Shown piece after piece: positions 58,189-64,000 of a stretch of 64,000 bases of DNA; positions within the stretch are counted from its first letter, which is position 1, and each line of letters starts with the position of its first letter. Position numbers and translations under genes: made by a program. Source of the stretch: Steroidobacteraceae bacterium (GTDB lineage Bacteria > Pseudomonadota > Gammaproteobacteria > Steroidobacterales > Steroidobacteraceae); the NCBI GenBank assembly GCA_035524595.1, contig DATKOP010000044.1, positions 10,792 to 74,791 on the forward strand, read 5' to 3'. The notes under the pieces are model-generated. The model did no database searches. It had not been told where the DNA came from and saw only the letters and a list, made by a program, of their open reading frames with translations.

Positions 58189-61100
58189 GTGCGCCCCGCG
58201 CGGCCGCTGCCGCCCGTCAGCTACCCGGCCGAGCTGCCGATCGCCGCGCGCCGCGACGAGATCGTCGCCGCGCTGCGCGCGCACCGGGTGCTGGTGGTCT
58301 GCGGCGAGACGGGCTCGGGCAAGACCACGCAGCTGCCGAAGATGCTGCTCGAGGCCGGCGCGCTGCGCGCGGGCCTCATCGGCCACACCCAGCCGCGGCG
58401 GATCGCGGCGCGCGCGGTCGCGGCGCGGCTCGCGGCCGAGCTGCCGGCGGCGCCGCCGGGCTTCGTCGGCTACAAGGTGCGCTTCAGCGACGGCACCGCG
58501 CCCGCGACCGCGATCAAGGTCATGACCGACGGCATCCTGCTCGCCGAGGCGCGCACCGACCGCGAGCTCAGGCGCTACGACGCGCTGATCATCGACGAGG
58601 CGCACGAGCGCAGCCTCAACATCGACTTCCTGCTGGGCCTTCTCAAGCGGCTGCTGCCGCGACGGCCCGAGCTCAAGCTCGTGATCACCTCGGCCACCAT
58701 CGACCCGGCGCGCTTCGCCGACTACTTCGGCGGCGCGCCGGTCATCGAGGTGTCCGGCCGCGGCTACCCGGTCGAGACCCGCTACCGGCCGCTCGCCGCC
58801 GACGCCGACGACCCGGTCGACCCGGGCCTGACCGCCGGCATCCTCGCGGCGCTCGAGGAGATCGCGACCGAGCCGGGCGGCATCGGCGACGGCGACGTGC
58901 TGGTGTTCCTGCCGGGGGAGCGCGAGATCCGCGAGGCCGCCGAGGCCATCGAGCAGGCGTACGGCACGCGCCTCGCGGTGCTGCCGCTCTACTCGCGGCT
59001 CGCCTGGAGCGACCAGCAGCGGGTGTTCGAGCGGCGCGGCACGCGACGCGTCGTGCTCGCGACCAACGTCGCCGAGACCTCGCTGACGGTGCCCGGCATC
59101 CGCGCCGTGATCGACTCGGGCCTCGCGCGGCTCGCGCACTACAGCGCGCGCGCCAAGATCCTGCGCCTGCCGATCGAGCCCGTGTCGCAGGCGAGCGCGC
59201 GCCAGCGCGCCGGCCGCTGCGGGCGGGTCGGCGCCGGGCTCTGCATCCGGCTCTACGGCGCGGACGACCACGACGCGCGCGCGCCGTTCACGCCGCCGGA
59301 GGTGCTGCGCACCAACCTCGCGAACGTGATCCTGCAGATGGAGGTGCTCGGGCTCGGCAGCCCCGCCGAGTTCCCGTTCCTCGATCCGCCCGACACGCGC
59401 CTCGTCAACGACGGCTACCGGCTGCTGCAGGAGCTGGAGGCGGTGGACGGCGAGCAGCGCGTCACGGCGGCCGGCCGGCAGATGGCGCGGCTGCCGGTCG
59501 ACCCGCGGCTCGCGCGCATGCTGGTCGCGGCGACCCGCCACGGCGCCCTCAAGGAGACGCTGACGCTGACCGCGGCGCTCTCGATCCAGGACCCGCGCGA
59601 GCGCCCGGCCGAGCGGCTCGCGGCCGCCGACGCCGCGCACGCCGAGGGCGCCGACCCGCGCTCCGACTTCATGACGCTGCTCGCGCTCTGGGGCCGCTAC
59701 CAGGAGGCGCGCGCGACGCGCTCGCGCAGCGCGCTGCGGCGCTGGTGCGCGGCGGCGTTCCTGTCGGCGGCGCGCATGCGCGAGTGGGAGGACCTCGAGT
59801 CGCAGCTCGCGACCATCGCCGAGGAACTCGGCTGGCGGCCGAACGCGGCGCCGGCGCCGGCGGAGGCCGTGCACCGCGCGCTGCTCGCCGGGCTCCTCGG
59901 CCAGATCGGCGAGAAGACCGAGCGCGGCGACTACCTCGGGCCGCGCGGCCGCCGCTTCCTGATCGCGCCCGGCACGCCGCTCAGGAACCGCGCGCCGCGC
60001 TGGCTGATGGCGGCGCAGATCGTCGAGACGCAGCGCGTCTACGCGCGCACCGTCGCCGCCATCGAGCCCGCGTGGATCGAGGCGGCCGCCGCTCACCTGG
60101 TGCGCCGCGACTACGCGGAGCCGGAGTGGGACGCGACCCGCGGCATCGTCAGCGCGCGCGAGAGCGTGACCCTGTGGGGGCTGACCCTCGCCGCCGGGCG
60201 GCGCGTCAACTACGGCGCCGTCGCCCCCGCGGCGGCGCGCGAGATCTTCGTGCGCGAGGCGCTGGTGCACGGCCGCACGCGGCTCAAGGCGCGCTTCCTC
60301 GGGCACAACGCCGCGCTCAAGGACGAGATCCGCGCCGAGGAGGCGGCGCTGCGGCGCCGCACGCTGCTGATCGACGAGAGCGAGGAGGCGGCGCTCTACC
60401 TCGCGCGCCTGCCGGCGGGCGTCTGCTCGCTGGCCGCCTTCGAGCGCTGGCGAGGCGAGGCGGAGCGCAGCGCGCCGCAGCTCCTGTGGCTCTCGCGCGC
60501 GGAGCTGCGCCGTGCCGGCGAGCCGCCGCTCGACCGGGCGCGCTTCCCGGCCGCGCTCGAGATCGCCGGCAACCGGCTGCCGCTCGAGTACCGCTTCGAC
60601 CCCGAGTCGCCGGCGGACGGTGCGACCCTGCTCGTGCCGGAACCGCTGCTCGCGCGGCTCGCGGCCGGCGAGCTCGACTGGGGAGTCCCGGGCTGGCTCG
60701 AGGAGAAGCTGACGGCGCTGATCCGCGGGCTGCCGAAGGCGGCCCGCCGCAGGCTCGTGCCGGCGCCGGACGTGGCGCGGCGCTGCCTCGCGGCGCTCGG
60801 CACGGCGGGCGCGCGGCCGTTGCTGCCCGCGGTGGCCGAGTTCCTGACGCGCGAGGGCGGCGAGGCGGTCAGCGCCGAGGCGCTCGCCGCGGTCGCGCTG
60901 CCGCCGTACCTGAGCCTGAACCTCAGGGTGCTCGACGCCGACGGCCGCACGGTCGCCGAGGGCCGCGATCCCGCGGCGCTGCGGCGCGCGCGGCGCGGCG
61001 CGCGCCCGCCGCCGCCTTCGGCGGCCGACCCGTGGCGGCGCGACGAGGTGCGGCGCTTCGACTTCGGCGTGCTGCCGGAGACGGTGCGCGTCGAGCGCCA

Positions 61101-61920
61101 GGGCGTGACGCTCGACCTCCACCCGGCGCTTCGCGACTGCGGCACGCACGCCGCGCTCTCGCTCGAGGCCGACGCCGCCGCGGCCGCGGCGATCACGCGC
61201 CGGGGCCTCCTGAGGCTGCTCGCGCTCGAGCTCGCGCAGCCGCTGCGGCACGCGGAGAAGCTGCTCGGCGCCGACCGCGAGCTGCTGCTGCTGCACCAGC
61301 CGGTCGGGCCGGCGGCGCCGTTCGTGCGCGCCCTCGCCGAGCGCGCGCTCGAGCGCGCCTGCCTGCCCGAGCCCGTGGCCGCGCCGCGCGACGCCGCCGC
61401 CTTCGCCGCCGCCGCCGAGCGCGGCCGGCCGGTGCTGGTGGCGGCCGCCGAGCGCCTCGCCGGCACCGTCAAGGCCGCGCTGGCCGAGGCGCGCCTCGTG
61501 CGCGGCGCGCTCGCAGCGCTGCCGGCGGGGCTCGACGCGGTGCGGGTCGCGGACCTCAGGGACGAGTTCGCGACGCTCCTCTACCCGGGCTTCGTGGCCG
61601 CGACCCCGGATCCCTGGCTGGACGGGCTCGGGCGCTACCTGAAGGCGCTCGGGCGCCGCGCCGCGAAGCTCGGCGAGCCACGCCGCGCGGTCGCCGAGGC
61701 GCAGGCCGAGTACCAGGCGGCGCGGCGCCGCTACGCCGCGCTCGGCGCGCGGCTCGAGCCCGGCGAGCCGTGGCCCGCGCCGCTCGCCGAGCTCGGCTGG
61801 CTGCTGAGGGAGTACGGCGTGCAGCTCTTCGCCCAGGAGCTGCGCACGCGGGTGCCGGTCTCGGCCAAGCGCATCGCCGAGGCGTTCGCGGCGGCGGAGG
61901 GCGCGCTCGCCGCGCGCTGA
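58189..61920 (+). CDS. hrpA: ATP-dependent RNA helicase HrpA (DEAH box)
   Basis: 'VVCGETGSGKTTQLPK', 'IIDEAHERS', 'ITSATID', 'ATNVAETSLTVPGI', 'QRAGRCGR'. Long C-terminal extension of the HrpA type. Confidence 0.92.
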   Translation: MRPARPLPPVSYPAELPIAARRDEIVAALRAHRVLVVCGETGSGKTTQLPKMLLEAGALRAGLIGHTQPRRIAARAVAARLAAELPAAPPGFVGYKVRFSDGTAPATAIKVMTDGILLAEARTDRELRRYDALIIDEAHERSLNIDFLLGLLKRLLPRRPELKLVITSATIDPARFADYFGGAPVIEVSGRGYPVETRYRPLAADADDPVDPGLTAGILAALEEIATEPGGIGDGDVLVFLPGEREIREAAEAIEQAYGTRLAVLPLYSRLAWSDQQRVFERRGTRRVVLATNVAETSLTVPGIRAVIDSGLARLAHYSARAKILRLPIEPVSQASARQRAGRCGRVGAGLCIRLYGADDHDARAPFTPPEVLRTNLANVILQMEVLGLGSPAEFPFLDPPDTRLVNDGYRLLQELEAVDGEQRVTAAGRQMARLPVDPRLARMLVAATRHGALKETLTLTAALSIQDPRERPAERLAAADAAHAEGADPRSDFMTLLALWGRYQEARATRSRSALRRWCAAAFLSAARMREWEDLESQLATIAEELGWRPNAAPAPAEAVHRALLAGLLGQIGEKTERGDYLGPRGRRFLIAPGTPLRNRAPRWLMAAQIVETQRVYARTVAAIEPAWIEAAAAHLVRRDYAEPEWDATRGIVSARESVTLWGLTLAAGRRVNYGAVAPAAAREIFVREALVHGRTRLKARFLGHNAALKDEIRAEEAALRRRTLLIDESEEAALYLARLPAGVCSLAAFERWRGEAERSAPQLLWLSRAELRRAGEPPLDRARFPAALEIAGNRLPLEYRFDPESPADGATLLVPEPLLARLAAGELDWGVPGWLEEKLTALIRGLPKAARRRLVPAPDVARRCLAALGTAGARPLLPAVAEFLTREGGEAVSAEALAAVALPPYLSLNLRVLDADGRTVAEGRDPAALRRARRGARPPPPSAADPWRRDEVRRFDFGVLPETVRVERQGVTLDLHPALRDCGTHAALSLEADAAAAAAITRRGLLRLLALELAQPLRHAEKLLGADRELLLLHQPVGPAAPFVRALAERALERACLPEPVAAPRDAAAFAAAAERGRPVLVAAAERLAGTVKAALAEARLVRGALAALPAGLDAVRVADLRDEFATLLYPGFVAATPDPWLDGLGRYLKALGRRAAKLGEPRRAVAEAQAEYQAARRRYAALGARLEPGEPWPAPLAELGWLLREYGVQLFAQELRTRVPVSAKRIAEAFAAAEGALAAR

Positions 61921-61927
61921 GCGGCTT

Positions 61928-61940
61928 ATTGCACTGCAAT
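61928..61940. promoter_or_regulatory. palindrome ATTGCA-C-TGCAAT upstream of the DAHP synthase gene
   Basis: Perfect 6-bp arms in the 50-nt spacer between hrpA and the DAHP synthase ATG (61971). Possible operator or promoter element. Confidence 0.25.
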
Positions 61941-61970
61941 GAGCCCGGCCGGGGATGCTAGGATCGGCGC

Positions 61971-63323
<1,353 letters not shown>

Positions 63324-64000
63324 GGCTGGCGAGCGCGGCCCTAAGCGCCTCGAGCTCCGCGGCGCTCGCCGCGCGCAGCTCCCCGGGCGCGAGCCCGGCC
63401 ACCGAGAGCGGCCCGACGGCGGCCCGCACCAGGCGCAGCGTCGGCAGGCCCACCGCCGCGGTCATGCGCCGCACCTGGCGATTGCGGCCCTCGCGCAACC
63501 TGAGCTCGAGCCAGGCGGTCGGGATCCGCGCCCGGTAGCGGATCGGCGGCTCGCGGCTCCAGAGCCCGGCCGGCGGATCGATGCGCCGCGCGCCGGCCGG
63601 CCGGGTCCGGCCGTCGGGGAGCGCAACGCCGGCCGCGAGCCGCGCCACTTGATCGGCCGACGGCTCGCCCTCAACTTGGGCCCAATAGGTCTTCTCGAGC
63701 GCGTGCCGGGGATCGGTGATGCCGGCCTGCAGCCGGCCGTCGTCGGTCAGGAGCAGCAGCCCCTCGCTGTCGTAGTCGAGGCGCCCGGCGGGGTAGACGC
63801 CGGGCACCGGCACGTGGTCCGCGAGCGTCGGGCGGTCGTCCGACCGCGTGAACCGGGTCAGCACCCGGTAGGGCTTGTTGAGCAGGTAAAGGCGCATCCG
63901 TTGCGGCAGATCCTAACCAAGCGGACGGATTGCCGTGGGAGGGTCGCACCGCTACTATTGTGCGGTGCAAAAGATCCCTCTGGCGTGGACCCGGTGAGGG

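Noticed and set aside
63898-64000. Possible small RNA or terminator at the window edge (hairpin GCACCGC-tactattgt-GCGGTGC at 63946-63968)
   Set aside because: It is a single 7-bp hairpin in the rluE upstream region with no tRNA, tmRNA, RNase P or SRP hallmarks recognisable by eye. The region is truncated by the window end, so the evidence is insufficient.

Overview
Gene-dense, very GC-rich proteobacterial chromosomal segment (by eye well above 70% G+C, with long antisense 'shadow' ORFs in every frame). I count about 50 credible protein-coding genes and recognise no rRNA, tRNA, CRISPR array, transposase or integrase. The backbone is housekeeping: ygiQ, thrA-thrB-thrC, tatD, fadH, kynA, msrPQ, acnA, mnmA, purB, fumC, a NUDIX CoA pyrophosphatase, mazG, a PepSY/OmpR-type RR/HK unit, hrpA, a class II DAHP synthase and rluE. 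The thrABC operon, the purB...mnmA neighbourhood and the class II DAHP synthase suggest a Xanthomonadales/Nevskiales-like gammaproteobacterium; this is inference only. The interesting content is a set of envelope and redox accessory modules. (1) 39630-44782: a six-gene, translationally coupled operon (porin, atypical NRAMP, FMN_bind, ApbE, His-rich 4-TM protein, HTH) behind Fur-box-like palindromes; I read it as a candidate periplasmic flavin-based reductive metal-uptake system, and it is my top candidate for an undescribed system. (2) 11626-13667: a Cyc2-like fused monohaem cytochrome-porin followed by a dihaem cytochrome c4, a candidate Fe(II)-oxidation module. (3) 1-5431: an ECF sigma/anti-sigma pair, a monocistronic membrane protein with an Asn-Asn-Ala repeat tail, a 976-aa HExxH/beta-propeller/barrel-like protein and a PrsW-type intramembrane protease. 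(4) A PEP-CTERM protein behind a sigma-54-like promoter. (5) A TonB-dependent-receptor-like gene paired with a GH81 beta-1,3-glucanase. (6) A c-di-GMP signalling stretch: a propeller-type hybrid kinase, a REC-PAS-GGDEF-EAL protein, a degenerate GGDEF-EAL protein, and a small secreted protein with a strict 6-residue tryptophan periodicity. All functional calls rest on motifs read by eye from the supplied translations. No database search was run.
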